Shown piece after piece: positions 16,761 through 25,980 of a stretch of DNA of 32,000 nucleotides. The notes below the pieces were generated by a model. The model worked only from the letters and a program-made list of their open reading frames with translations. It did not search any database and was not told the origin of the DNA. Position numbers and translations under genes: made by a program. Location: NCBI RefSeq assembly GCF_000186885.1, contig NC_014972.1:300001-332000 (forward strand), given 5' to 3'. This DNA comes from Desulfobulbus propionicus DSM 2032 (GTDB taxonomy: Bacteria; Desulfobacterota; Desulfobulbia; Desulfobulbales; Desulfobulbaceae). The first letter of the stretch is position 1. Every line of letters starts with the position of its first letter.

Positions 16761-18707
16761 ATGCCAACCTACGTCACCACGCCGATCTATTACGTCAATG
16801 CCCTGCCCCATCTGGGACATGCCTATACCACTATCGTCACCGACACCTACAGCCGCTTTCGTCGCCTGTGCGGCGACACGGTCCGTTTCCAGACCGGGAC
16901 CGACGAGCATGGCGAGAAAATCGCCGAGGCAGCGGCCAAGGCCGGGGAATCGCCCCGGGAGTATGTCGACCGTATCAGTGCCGCCTTCAAGGACACCTGG
17001 CCGGTCCTGGCCATTCAGCCCGACAAGATCATCCGAACCACCGATGCCGATCATGTCCGGACCGTGCAGGCCATTCTCCAGCAGGTACATGCGAGCGGTG
17101 ATATTTATTTCAGCGAATATTCCGGCTTATACTGCAAGGGCTGCGAGCGGTTTTTGACCGAAAAGGAACTGGTGGACGGTAAATGTCCCGATCATCTGGT
17201 GGAACCCAAGGCCATCACCGAGCAGAACTATTTTTTCCGCATGTCCAAATACCAGGACTGGCTGATCGAGCACATCCAGCGACACCCGGACTTCATCACC
17301 CCGGAGCGGTACCGCAACGAGGTGCTCTCCTTTCTCAGCGAACCGCTTGAGGATCTGTGCATCTCCCGGCCGACCTCCCGCCTGACCTGGGGCATTCCGC
17401 TGCCCTTTGACCAGAACTTCGTCACCTATGTATGGTTTGACGCCCTGATCAACTACTTGACCGGCATCGGCTACCCGGACAGCCCGGAGTTCGCCATGTA
17501 CTGGGCCGAGGCCGAGCATGTGATCGCCAAGGATATCCTCAAGCCCCACGCCATCTACTGGCCGACCATGCTGCGGGCCATGGGGCTTGAACCGTACAGG
17601 CGCCTGCATGTCCACGGCTACTGGAACGTGGATGCCACCAAGATGTCCAAGTCGCTGGGCAACGTGGTGCGGCCCCGGGAACTGGTCGAGACCTACGGCG
17701 TGGATACGGTCCGCTACTTTGTCCTCCGCGAGATGAGTTTCGGGCTGGATTCCTCCTTTTCCAGCGACGCCATCCTCGCCCGTCACAATGCGGACCTGGC
17801 CAACGACCTGGGCAATCTGTTCTCCCGTTCCTTGACCATGATCGACAAGTATGCCGCTGGCCGGGTGCCCGAGCCGGAAACAGCCGCGCTGTTCGCCCCG
17901 GAGGATCGGGAGTTGATGAGCGCCATCGCCGCCATGTTTGACCACTACCAGGAAAACATGGCGGCATTCACGTTCCACAAGGCACTGCAGGCCATCTGGG
18001 AGGTTATCGGGCTGCTCAACCGCTACATTGTCACCCATGCTCCCTGGGAGCTGGCCAAACAGCCGGATCAGGCCGGTCGCCTGCGGACCGTTCTTGCCTT
18101 CTTGGCTGAATCGTTGTGGAAGATCGCTCTGGTGCTGGGACCCATCATGCCGGATACCGCGTCCAGGATGGCCGCCGCCTTGGGTATGGGCACCGAGTTT
18201 GCCAGCGTCACCTTGGACGAGGCAAGAAAATGGGGGTACATTCCGGTGGGCACAGCCATCGAAAAAGGCACCCAGCTGTTCCCGCGAATCGACAAGAAGA
18301 CGGAAACGCCGGCGGCGCCCGCTGCCGGCAAACAGCCGAACAAGAAGGGGCCGGAGCCACCCCTTGGCGAAGGACTGATCGGTTTTGACCAGTTCCAGAC
18401 GGTGGAACTGCGGGTGGCGGAAATTGTGGCCGCCGAAAAGGTGGCCAAATCGGACCGTTTGCTCAAGCTGACGGTCAAGGCCCCGGAACAGCGAACCATT
18501 GTGGCCGGCATCGCCCAGCACTATCGTCCCGAGGATTTGCTCGGGCTGCGGGTGATCATTGTCGCCAATCTCAAGCCGGCCAAACTCATGGGCATCCCCT
18601 CGCAGGGCATGGTGCTGGCCGCTAAAGAACAGCTGACCGGTGGCACGGAACGGCTGGTACTGACCACGGTCGTCGGTCCAATCGCCGCCGGCAGCCGGGT
18701 TGCCTGA
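16761..18707 (+). CDS. metG: Methionyl-tRNA synthetase with C-terminal tRNA-binding domain
   Basis: YYVNALPHLGHAYTTIVTD...DATKMSKSLGNVV; C-terminal FDQFQTVELRVAEIVAAEKVAKSDRLLKLTV. Confidence 0.95.
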   Translation: MPTYVTTPIYYVNALPHLGHAYTTIVTDTYSRFRRLCGDTVRFQTGTDEHGEKIAEAAAKAGESPREYVDRISAAFKDTWPVLAIQPDKIIRTTDADHVRTVQAILQQVHASGDIYFSEYSGLYCKGCERFLTEKELVDGKCPDHLVEPKAITEQNYFFRMSKYQDWLIEHIQRHPDFITPERYRNEVLSFLSEPLEDLCISRPTSRLTWGIPLPFDQNFVTYVWFDALINYLTGIGYPDSPEFAMYWAEAEHVIAKDILKPHAIYWPTMLRAMGLEPYRRLHVHGYWNVDATKMSKSLGNVVRPRELVETYGVDTVRYFVLREMSFGLDSSFSSDAILARHNADLANDLGNLFSRSLTMIDKYAAGRVPEPETAALFAPEDRELMSAIAAMFDHYQENMAAFTFHKALQAIWEVIGLLNRYIVTHAPWELAKQPDQAGRLRTVLAFLAESLWKIALVLGPIMPDTASRMAAALGMGTEFASVTLDEARKWGYIPVGTAIEKGTQLFPRIDKKTETPAAPAAGKQPNKKGPEPPLGEGLIGFDQFQTVELRVAEIVAAEKVAKSDRLLKLTVKAPEQRTIVAGIAQHYRPEDLLGLRVIIVANLKPAKLMGIPSQGMVLAAKEQLTGGTERLVLTTVVGPIAAGSRVA

Positions 18708-18800
18708 ACATGGTCGCGGCTGTTTGGCAAAAGGTTTACCGATCGGCTGCCGCAACGAGAAGAAGTCCTCATCCCTTCACCTTAGCTTATAGGTATCCAT

Positions 18801-19097
18801 ATGTTCATGCTCGGTAACTTCCTTTTGGCGGTGGCTAAACTGATCAATTTTGTCCTCAGCGCCTATATCTGGGTGGTGATTGCCCGCGCCGTCATCACCT
18901 GGGTGAATGCGGATCCGTATAATCCCATCGTCCGCTTTCTTCGTCAGGCCACCGATCCCCTGTTGATGAAGATTCGCCGGGTGGTCCCCATCATGGGAGG
19001 CCTTGATCTGAGCCCGATGATCCTCATCCTGATCATCATCTTTCTCCAGAGCTTTCTCGTCCCCACCCTGCAGCAGATCGCGGTGAGCCTGCAATAA
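18801..19097 (+). CDS. YggT family membrane protein
   Basis: 98 aa: YIWVVIARAVITWVNADPYNPIVRFLRQATDPLLMKIRRVVP. Confidence 0.85.
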   Translation: MFMLGNFLLAVAKLINFVLSAYIWVVIARAVITWVNADPYNPIVRFLRQATDPLLMKIRRVVPIMGGLDLSPMILILIIIFLQSFLVPTLQQIAVSLQ

Positions 19098-19135
19098 TCC
19101 GCTATTTTGCTCGGTTGAACGACCCGAAGAGGAAC

Positions 19136-19468
19136 ATGGCGGCCGGTCCGGATGCACTTCCCTGTCTGCAGCGGTTGGCGGATGGTTCCCTGTTGCTTCG
19201 TCTGCAGGTCCAGCCCCGCGCCGCGGCCAACCATCTGGCCGGCTTGCAGGGCGACATGCTCAAGCTGCGCGTGACCACGCCGCCGGTGGACGGCAAGGCC
19301 AATCAGGCGGTCGTTGCCTACCTGGCCAAACTCTTCCATCTGCCCAAGTCGTCGGTTGTCCTCAAAAGCGGCCACCAGAGCCGCGGCAAGACAGTGGTTA
19401 TCGCCAGCGGTCACGAGCAGGAGGTGCGGGCTGTTTTGGCCGCGCACCTTTTTCCAGAGAGAAAATGA
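19136..19468 (+). CDS. DUF167/YggU family protein
   Basis: LLLRLQVQPRAAANHLAGLQGDMLKLRVTTPPVDGKANQAVVAYLAKLFHLPKSSVVLKSGHQSRGKTV. Start 19115 (TTG) also possible. Confidence 0.85.
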   Translation: MAAGPDALPCLQRLADGSLLLRLQVQPRAAANHLAGLQGDMLKLRVTTPPVDGKANQAVVAYLAKLFHLPKSSVVLKSGHQSRGKTVVIASGHEQEVRAVLAAHLFPERK

Positions 19469-19476
19469 GCGAATGT

Positions 19477-19499
19477 GGACCGGTGGCTGCCACCGGTCC
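19477..19499. repeat. Perfect GC-rich hairpin downstream of the DUF167 gene
   Basis: GGACCGGTGG-CTG-CCACCGGTCC (10 bp stem, 3 nt loop), 8 bp after the stop codon. Confidence 0.7.
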
Positions 19500-19609
19500 C
19501 TGCTGCGGTAGCCCGCTGCTGCACCAGGTTGAGCGGGGGAACCTGACCCGCACGGGCAGCAACAGAGCTGCATGATGTGCTGAATTCCTTGAGATGCCTG
19601 GGGGCTGTG

Positions 19610-20287
19610 ATGAAAAAAATACTGCTGGCCAACTGGAAGGCCAATCTTTCGCCGGAACGGGCGATGCAGTGGTGCGAGGTGTTCGCCGCCACCTATCGGC
19701 CGCATGCCGATCTCGAGATGGTGGTTGCCGTGCCGTCGTTGATGCTGGAACGGGTTGCGGCACATCTGCGGGGGCGCGATGGCATTGCCCTGGCCGCGCA
19801 GGGGGTTTCTCCGTATCCGCAGGGCAACTATACCGGTTCCACACCAGCCGCATGGCTGCGCGGGCTGGTGCGCTATACCCTGATTGGCCATCGCGAGCGA
19901 CGACGCTATTTCCACGAAACCGTTCAGGATGTGGCCAGACAGGCCTATGAATCGCTGGCGGAAGAGCTGCAGCCTATCGTCTGCGTGGACCGGGAACTTT
20001 TGATCCCGCAAACCGCAGCCATGGCCGCCGAGGAGTTACCCCGCCTGATCTGGGCCTATACTCCGGAAACGCCCAAAACTTTGGAGATGGCACGGAGCGA
20101 AAGGGAGATCGTCGCCCTGCTGCCGCAGATCGCCCGGAGCACCGACAATGGTCCGGTACTTTACGGTGGCGGGGTCACGGTTGACAATGCCGCCTCGCTG
20201 TGGCAGCTTGCCGGAATCAGCGGCCTGTTGATGGGACGGGGCTGCCTGGATGCCGCAGTCTTTGCCGCCCTGATCAACCGTTTGTGA
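19610..20287 (+). CDS. Triosephosphate isomerase-family protein, divergent active site
   Basis: LLANWKANLSPERAMQWCEVF...LAAQGVSPYPQGNYTGSTPAAWLRGLVRYTLIGHRERRRYF...IWAYTPETPKT...LYGGGVTVDNAASLW...GLLMGRGCLDAAVF. Confidence 0.75.
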   Translation: MKKILLANWKANLSPERAMQWCEVFAATYRPHADLEMVVAVPSLMLERVAAHLRGRDGIALAAQGVSPYPQGNYTGSTPAAWLRGLVRYTLIGHRERRRYFHETVQDVARQAYESLAEELQPIVCVDRELLIPQTAAMAAEELPRLIWAYTPETPKTLEMARSEREIVALLPQIARSTDNGPVLYGGGVTVDNAASLWQLAGISGLLMGRGCLDAAVFAALINRL

Positions 20288-20311
20288 AACTGCGTCCGCT
20301 TTCCCCGCTGA

Positions 20312-21148
20312 TTACATCGACAGCAGTCGGCGGATCCGTTCTTCCATGGGGGGATGAGTGGAAAACAGGGAGGCGATGGACCCGCCCTTGAGCGGATTGA
20401 CGATGTACATCTGGGCCGAGGCCGGATTGACATCCATGGGCTGCTGGGCGTTGTAGTTGGCCAATTTGTTGAGCGCATTGGCCAGCGATTGCGGATGACC
20501 GCAAATCTGCGCGCCGGTGGCGTCGGCCAGGTACTCCCGGCCACGGGAGATGGCCATCTGGATCAAGGTGGCCGCCAGCGGCGCCACCAGCATGGTGACC
20601 AGCATCACCAGCGGATTGCTCCCCCCTTCCTCATCACTGCGGCCGCCGCCGAACAGCATGGCCCATTGAGCCATGGTGGCCAGATAGGAGATGGCTCCCG
20701 CCATGACCGCCGCAATCGAGCCGATGAGAATGTCGCGGTTTTTGATATGCGCGAGTTCATGCGCGATAACCCCTTCCAGTTCATATCGGTCCAACACCTG
20801 GAGAAGGCCGGTGGTCACCGCCACCGCCGCGTGTTCGGGATCGCGTCCGGTGGCAAAGGCATTGGGGGTCGGATTATCGACCACATAGACCTTGGGTTTA
20901 GGGAGGCTGGCCCGTGCCGCCAGGGAGGCCACCAAGGCATGAAGATCGGGCGCCTCTGCTGTCGATACCTCGCGCGCACGGTTCATGGCCAGGGCCATTT
21001 TGTCGGAGTTCCAGTAGGCAAAGAAATTGAGGCCCACGGCAAGGAGCAGGGCGATGGTCATCCCCTGCTGGCCGCCCATGGCCTGACCCGCAACCATGAA
21101 CAGGGCGGTCAGGGCAGCCATGAGTAGAAAGGTTTTCATCGTATTCAT
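20312..21148 (-). CDS. htpX: M48 family zinc metalloprotease HtpX
   Basis: KVYVVDNPTPNAFATGRDPEHAAVAVTTGLLQVLDRYELEGVIAHELAHIKNRD...ISRGREYLADATGA. ATG 21148 preceded by GGAGAAAAC. Confidence 0.93.
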   Translation of the reverse strand: MNTMKTFLLMAALTALFMVAGQAMGGQQGMTIALLLAVGLNFFAYWNSDKMALAMNRAREVSTAEAPDLHALVASLAARASLPKPKVYVVDNPTPNAFATGRDPEHAAVAVTTGLLQVLDRYELEGVIAHELAHIKNRDILIGSIAAVMAGAISYLATMAQWAMLFGGGRSDEEGGSNPLVMLVTMLVAPLAATLIQMAISRGREYLADATGAQICGHPQSLANALNKLANYNAQQPMDVNPASAQMYIVNPLKGGSIASLFSTHPPMEERIRRLLSM

Positions 21149-21252
21149 CGTTTTCTCCTGGTGTTTCTCGGGAGCGGCTCGGCCGAGAGATGACCGCCTC
21201 ACCACCCTGAACATTTTTGACCAAAAGATAAATCGCTGGCGGAAGGAGTCAA

Positions 21253-21284
21253 GACAGGGAGACGGCAAAAGCCGCTTCCCTGTC
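21253..21284. repeat. Intergenic hairpin between elbB and htpX
   Basis: GACAGGGA-ga-CGGC-AAAA-GCCG-ct-TCCCTGTC. Confidence 0.55.
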
Positions 21285-21333
21285 GAGTGCCTGTTGGAAC
21301 GCGGAAAAAGGGGGCAGGAGGAACAACGCGGGA

Positions 21334-21990
21334 TCAGTTCATCAAGTCCAGCATCGCCCGGATAAGATTGTCGGCACCGTCGGCGATCTGGTCGATGCGG
21401 GAATTGAGCATGTAGCAAGGAGTGCTGACGATCCTGTTTTCTCGGTCAATGGCGATTTCCCCCTGCATGGCTGGTTGATGACGCGCGCCCATTGCGGCGA
21501 GGTTGTCGGCGGTAGCTGGGTCCTGACCAATGGTCAGGATCACGTTGCCCAGCACCTTGGCGAGGATCACCGGGGCGATGCACAGCGCGCCGATCGGTTT
21601 GCCGGCGGCGTGCATGGCCTTGATCGCCCGGGCCACATCACTGTTCACCATGCACTTTGGGCCATCAAAAGCATAGCTGCTCAGGTTCTTGGCCGCGCCG
21701 AAGCCGCCGGGGATGACCAACGCATCGGCCGACTCAGGGACAAAGGTGGCCAGCGAGGCGATCTTGCCCCGAGCGATCCGCGCCGATTCGATCAGCACAT
21801 TGCGCTGTTCGTTCATTTCCTGACCGGTGATGTGGTTGAGCACATGGTGTTGCTTGATGTCCGGTGCATAGCATTGGAAGTCTGCCCCGTTTTTGTGGAT
21901 AGCCCACAAGGCGAGGGTCGCCTCATGGATTTCGGCTCCATCCTGATGGCCGCATCCAGAGAGGATCACGGCGAAATTTTTTTTGTGCAT
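21334..21990 (-). CDS. elbB: Isoprenoid biosynthesis glyoxalase ElbB (DJ-1/PfpI superfamily)
   Basis: MHKKNFAVILSGCGHQDGAEIHEATLALWAIHKNGADFQCYAPD...ESADALVIPGGFGAAKNLSS...KPIGALCIAPV. ATG 21990 preceded by GGAGGCGACT. Confidence 0.92.
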   Translation of the reverse strand: MHKKNFAVILSGCGHQDGAEIHEATLALWAIHKNGADFQCYAPDIKQHHVLNHITGQEMNEQRNVLIESARIARGKIASLATFVPESADALVIPGGFGAAKNLSSYAFDGPKCMVNSDVARAIKAMHAAGKPIGALCIAPVILAKVLGNVILTIGQDPATADNLAAMGARHQPAMQGEIAIDRENRIVSTPCYMLNSRIDQIADGADNLIRAMLDLMN

Positions 21991-22055
21991 AGTCGCCTCC
22001 ATGGCAGCAAATGACAAACGGATTCGACCCGGGCCGGCTATCCGGGCTTGTTTTT

Positions 22056-22574
22056 CTAGCGCAGGGAATAAATTGCCGGCAGATTGCGATACTGTTCCGC
22101 GCAATCCAGCCCGTAACCGACAAGAAACCCTCGATCAAGGGCAAAACCGACGTAGTCCACCTCGACCGGGACGATCCGTCGTTCCTGCTTGTCGATCAGC
22201 GAGCAGATTTTCACCGATTTGGCCGGGCTTTGACGGAAATGATCGCGCAGCCAAGCCATGGTGGTGCCGGTATCGACAATGTCCTCCACCAGCAGCACAT
22301 CCTTGCCGTTCAGGTCGATGCTCGGTTCCTTGAGCAGGCGGATCGTTCCCGAGGATTCCGTCGAGGCACCGTAACTGGTCACCCGGATGAAATCGATTTC
22401 CAGTTTGAGGTCGATGGCCCGGCACAGATCGGCGGCAAAGATGAACGCGCCGTTCAACACGCCCAGGAGCACCAGCTGCCGGTCCCGGTACTCCTGGGTG
22501 ATCAAGCGACCGAGTTCTTGGACTCTCTGCTGCAGTCTTCGCCTGCCGATAACCGCTTTTTTTCCCAGCTGCAT
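22056..22574 (-). CDS. hpt: Hypoxanthine phosphoribosyltransferase
   Basis: LVLLGVLNGAFIFAADLCRAI...KDVLLVEDIVDTGTTMAWL...VEVDYVGFALDRGFLVGYGLDCAEQYRNLPAIY. Confidence 0.93.
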   Translation of the reverse strand: MQLGKKAVIGRRRLQQRVQELGRLITQEYRDRQLVLLGVLNGAFIFAADLCRAIDLKLEIDFIRVTSYGASTESSGTIRLLKEPSIDLNGKDVLLVEDIVDTGTTMAWLRDHFRQSPAKSVKICSLIDKQERRIVPVEVDYVGFALDRGFLVGYGLDCAEQYRNLPAIYSLR

Positions 22575-22606
22575 AACCGTACCCCAAAATCGTTACTGTA
22601 CCGAGC

Positions 22607-24883
22607 CTACTGTTCGCTCTGCCATTTTTGCAGGGTGGCGGCAGCCTCTTCTTTTTCCTTGAACGGCTGCGTCGAGGCCAGGGCCTCCTGCTTCTTGCCC
22701 TCCCCATACAGGGCCAGGGCCAGATGGTAGCGAAGTATGGGCATATCCTCCTGTTTCTGCACCGCCTGAACGAATTCGTTGCGGGCCAGGCTGAACGAGC
22801 CGCGTTTGTAGTGTACCCAGCCAAGGGTGTCGATGATATGATAGTCGTCCGGCTTCTGCTGTTTGGCGGTCATGGCCAGTCGCAGGGCTTCCCCCAGATC
22901 CGGATCCTTGCTCTCGGCAATCATCCAGGCCAGGTTGTTGGCCGCCGGGGCAAAATCAGGCTTGACGGCCAAGGCCTTTTGATAGGCTTCCTTGGCCAGA
23001 TCGGTTTTGCCCGTCTGCTCGTAGATGCTGCCCAACCCCATGTAGGCGCCGATGGCGTTGGGTTGCTTGGCGAGCAGATCCCGGTATTCGGCGATGGCTT
23101 GATCGGTCTTGCCTTGCCGCGTCAGGATAAGAGCACTCATGGCATACGGTTGAGGGTTGTCCGGGTCGAGCTCTTGGGCCTTGCTGTAGAGCTCAAGGGC
23201 CTTGTCCGGTTGCTGTGCGCTGAGGAACAGGTTGGCCAGCAGAATCTGTAACCCGGCGCTCTTGGGCGCCTTGTCGATCTGGGCCTGGGTCATCTTGATC
23301 AGCGCCTCCTTTTGCGCGCCGCTTTTTTGCGCCAGCTGCAGCAAGAAGCTGAAGGCCTTGGCGTTGTCGGGCTGGACCGCGAGCAATTTTTCAAAGGTCT
23401 GCTTGGCCTTGGCCTCCTGTTTCATGGCCAAATAGGTGAGCCCGAGACTGCCCAGCACCTCGACGTTGTCAGGCACCTTGGCGTGGAGTTCGCTGAACAT
23501 CTTTTCTGCGGTTTCATACTCCTTGGAAAAGAGTACCCCCTTGGCCAGGGTGAGGGCGGCCTGAAAATCGCGGGGGTTGATTTTCAGGGCAGTGGCCGCT
23601 TCCTTTTTAGCGGTCTCGAATTCACCCTCCTGGAGGGAGAGCAGGGCCAGCAGCGAGTGGGCCTTGCTAAACCCCGGGCTGAGTTTGATGGCCTCCAGCA
23701 AGGCTTCCTTGGCGAGTTTGAAATCCTTGAGATTGCTGTGGGCCAGTGCCTTGACGAAGAAAAGTTCACTCCATTTGGGATAGTCGCCAAGCAAACCGGT
23801 CACGATATCCAGTGCTTCCTGGTTTTTGCCATCCTTCAGCTGGAATTTGGCCTGAACCAATTTGGCGGTGGCGTTTTTTGCATTCTTGGCCACCACCTTG
23901 TCCAATTCCACCTTGGCTTGGTCAAACTTGCCGTGGTCAAAGTAAAAATTGGCCAGCTGCGCCTCAGCGTCCTCGGGTTTGTCCGTATCCTGAATGGCTT
24001 CCTTGTAGAGTTGCTCCGCCTGCTCGAATTTCCCCTTCTTGGAATAGAAATCGGCGATGGCCGTCTTCAGCTTGCTGTTTTTCGGGTCAACCTTGAGCGC
24101 CTGGGTCAGATGCTGCTCGGCAGCGTCAGGATTGTTCTCCATCAGTTCGATGGAGGCCATCTGCAGGTACGGCTGCGAGGAATCCGGAAAGGCGGCGGCC
24201 ATTTTCTCCAGGCTGGCTTTGGCCTTGCTCAATTCCTTTCGTTCCACATAGAAGGCAGCCAGCGTCGCATGATTGGCGAGTTTCTTCCCGTCCAACTCGA
24301 GGGCTTTCAAAAAAGCGTTTTCTGCCGCTGGAAACTGCTGCTTGGCACTCAGGGCGCGGCCTTTGATGGCGTAAAACCGGTCTTCGTTGGGAGCCCCGGC
24401 AATAGCCTTGTCGACCGTTGCAATGGCTGCGTCAAATTTGCCGTCAACCAACTCCAGGTTGGCCTGCAGGGCCAAGGCATCCTTGTTGTCCGGTGCCTGG
24501 ACGAGAACCTCGTCAATATGTTTTTGCGCGTCCTCTTTCTTCTTGGTCAGCAAATAGAACTCTGCGGTCTTGATCTTGGCATCGAGATTTTTCGGGTCCA
24601 GGGTGGCGGCGCGCTGCAATTCCGCAAAGGCTTGCCGGACATCGCCGCTCTTGAGATAGAGCAGGCCGAGTTGATAGCGGGCATCGGCGTATTTGGGATC
24701 GATCTGGATGGCGTTGCGCAGTTCAATGATTGCTTCTTTTTCCTTGTTTTCGCCAAGATACCCCATTGCTTTGTTGTAATGCTCTTCTTTGTTTTTGCCG
24801 CCGTCCGAACACGCGGCAACAAGCAGGAGCAGGAGGAGTGGCACGAGCAATAGGGGCAGGGGGAACAGTTTCTTGAATGGCAT
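22607..24883 (-). CDS. prsT: XrtA/PEP-CTERM system TPR-repeat lipoprotein PrsT-like
   Basis: 758 aa: lipobox VAACSDGG and many TPR units (AIIELRNAIQIDPKYADARYQLGLLYLKSGD..., YPQ.., WVHYKRGSFSLARNEFVQAVQ), next to an exosortase locus. Confidence 0.85.
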   Translation of the reverse strand: MPFKKLFPLPLLLVPLLLLLLVAACSDGGKNKEEHYNKAMGYLGENKEKEAIIELRNAIQIDPKYADARYQLGLLYLKSGDVRQAFAELQRAATLDPKNLDAKIKTAEFYLLTKKKEDAQKHIDEVLVQAPDNKDALALQANLELVDGKFDAAIATVDKAIAGAPNEDRFYAIKGRALSAKQQFPAAENAFLKALELDGKKLANHATLAAFYVERKELSKAKASLEKMAAAFPDSSQPYLQMASIELMENNPDAAEQHLTQALKVDPKNSKLKTAIADFYSKKGKFEQAEQLYKEAIQDTDKPEDAEAQLANFYFDHGKFDQAKVELDKVVAKNAKNATAKLVQAKFQLKDGKNQEALDIVTGLLGDYPKWSELFFVKALAHSNLKDFKLAKEALLEAIKLSPGFSKAHSLLALLSLQEGEFETAKKEAATALKINPRDFQAALTLAKGVLFSKEYETAEKMFSELHAKVPDNVEVLGSLGLTYLAMKQEAKAKQTFEKLLAVQPDNAKAFSFLLQLAQKSGAQKEALIKMTQAQIDKAPKSAGLQILLANLFLSAQQPDKALELYSKAQELDPDNPQPYAMSALILTRQGKTDQAIAEYRDLLAKQPNAIGAYMGLGSIYEQTGKTDLAKEAYQKALAVKPDFAPAANNLAWMIAESKDPDLGEALRLAMTAKQQKPDDYHIIDTLGWVHYKRGSFSLARNEFVQAVQKQEDMPILRYHLALALYGEGKKQEALASTQPFKEKEEAAATLQKWQSEQ

Positions 24884-25006
24884 AATGACTCCGTTGGCAA
24901 AAGGGAATTGGTATTACGCTGATCTGACTGCACGGTTCATTTTATAACAACTTATAAAGATTAAGGAATAAAAAAAGAGCGTACCCGGAGCAACGAAACC
25001 GGGCCG

Positions 25007-25036
25007 CACGGCAAGACCATACCGGGAGTTGCCGTG
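25007..25036. repeat. Inverted repeat in the prsT / export-gene divergent intergenic region
   Basis: CACGGCAA...TTGCCGTG, 8 bp arms and 14 nt loop. Confidence 0.5.
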
Positions 25037-25091
25037 TTGGGAAGCGCTTCAGGCAATGCACGAATCGGTGAGCAACTGCTTGCCAGTGTTG

Positions 25092-25117
25092 AAAAAATGG
25101 AGACGTTCCATTTTTTT
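25092..25117 (+). terminator. Terminator-like hairpin upstream of the polysaccharide export gene
   Basis: AAAAAATGGA-GACGT-TCCATTTTTT-T: perfect 10 bp stem with a T tract, symmetric on both strands, about 80 bp upstream of ATG 25198. Confidence 0.45.
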
Positions 25118-25197
25118 ATTTTGAACTATTTTCTTTCTGCATGTAGCATGGTTTGTCAACTTATTTATCTGATGAAGCTTTTTGGGGCGAGGAGCGT

Positions 25198-25968
25198 ATG
25201 AAGACAGTTTCCCTGACCGTAAAGACGATCGTTTGGGTTGTTCTCTGTTGTTGTTGGTTGAGCGTTTCCTGGGCTGCCGAATCGAGCGGCGAAGGAGTGA
25301 TTGCCAACGAAACCAAGGAGCAGTATCGCCAGGAAATCCTCGGCAAGAAGGCTCCTGCCCAATCGGACAAGGAGTATGTCATCGGTTATCGGGATATTCT
25401 CTATGTGGAGGTGTATGGGGAAGGGCCCATGGCCATCGGACCAGGCAATCCCGCCGCGGCCCCCGCCGCGATGGAAGGAATGGCTCCAGGGGGACAGGAT
25501 GACGCCGCCAGCCGTGGGGCTGGCGCCGAGGTCGGAACGGACGGCCGGGTTTCGCTTCGTCATATCGGCGATGTCTATGCGGTTGGCATGACGCTTACCC
25601 AATTCGCCGATTATCTGAAAAAGCTGTACGGAACCGTTTATGACGACCCGAATGTGATCGTCACCCTGCTGAAAAGCAACAGCCGACAGTATACGATCAT
25701 GGGCCAGGTGAGAACCCCCGGTGTGTTCCCACTCGATTATCCGACCGTGGTGGTGAAGGCGATTGCCAAGGCCGGCGGATTCACCGAATGGGCCGACAAC
25801 AAGGTGAGCATCATTCGCCAAGGCAACGATCAAATTGTCGAAAAAGGCCAGGAAAAGGCACAGGGCAAGGTCGAAAAATTCGAATTCGATTATGACGATT
25901 TTCTTGACGGAAAAAATACCGACAAGAACATCCTGCTCGAACCCGGTGATGTCGTCGTAGCCCATTGA
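25198..25968 (+). CDS. Polysaccharide export outer-membrane/periplasmic protein (Wza/EpsA-like, SLBB)
   Basis: Signal peptide MKTVSLTVKTIVWVVLCCCWLSVSWAAES; YVIGYRDILYVEVYGE...GTEVGTDGRVSLRHIGDVYAVGMTLTQFADYLKKLY...YTIMGQVRTPGVFPL. Confidence 0.88.
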   Translation: MKTVSLTVKTIVWVVLCCCWLSVSWAAESSGEGVIANETKEQYRQEILGKKAPAQSDKEYVIGYRDILYVEVYGEGPMAIGPGNPAAAPAAMEGMAPGGQDDAASRGAGAEVGTDGRVSLRHIGDVYAVGMTLTQFADYLKKLYGTVYDDPNVIVTLLKSNSRQYTIMGQVRTPGVFPLDYPTVVVKAIAKAGGFTEWADNKVSIIRQGNDQIVEKGQEKAQGKVEKFEFDYDDFLDGKNTDKNILLEPGDVVVAH

Positions 25969-25980
25969 GAGAGGCGATCC

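Noticed and set aside
15801-18755. Minus-strand ORFs of 429 aa and 542 aa
   Set aside because: Antisense shadows of the PSP1 protein gene and metG.
21253-21284. Possible terminator between elbB and htpX
   Set aside because: Strong stem but no T tract on either strand; kept only as a hairpin repeat feature.
23312-24853. 513 aa plus-strand ORF
   Set aside because: Antisense shadow of prsT, created by repetitive TPR codon use.
24961-25060. Possible c-di-GMP (GEMM) riboswitch upstream of the EPS export gene
   Set aside because: Some short matches (GCACGGCAAGACCAT), but the remaining conserved core and tetraloop receptor are missing.
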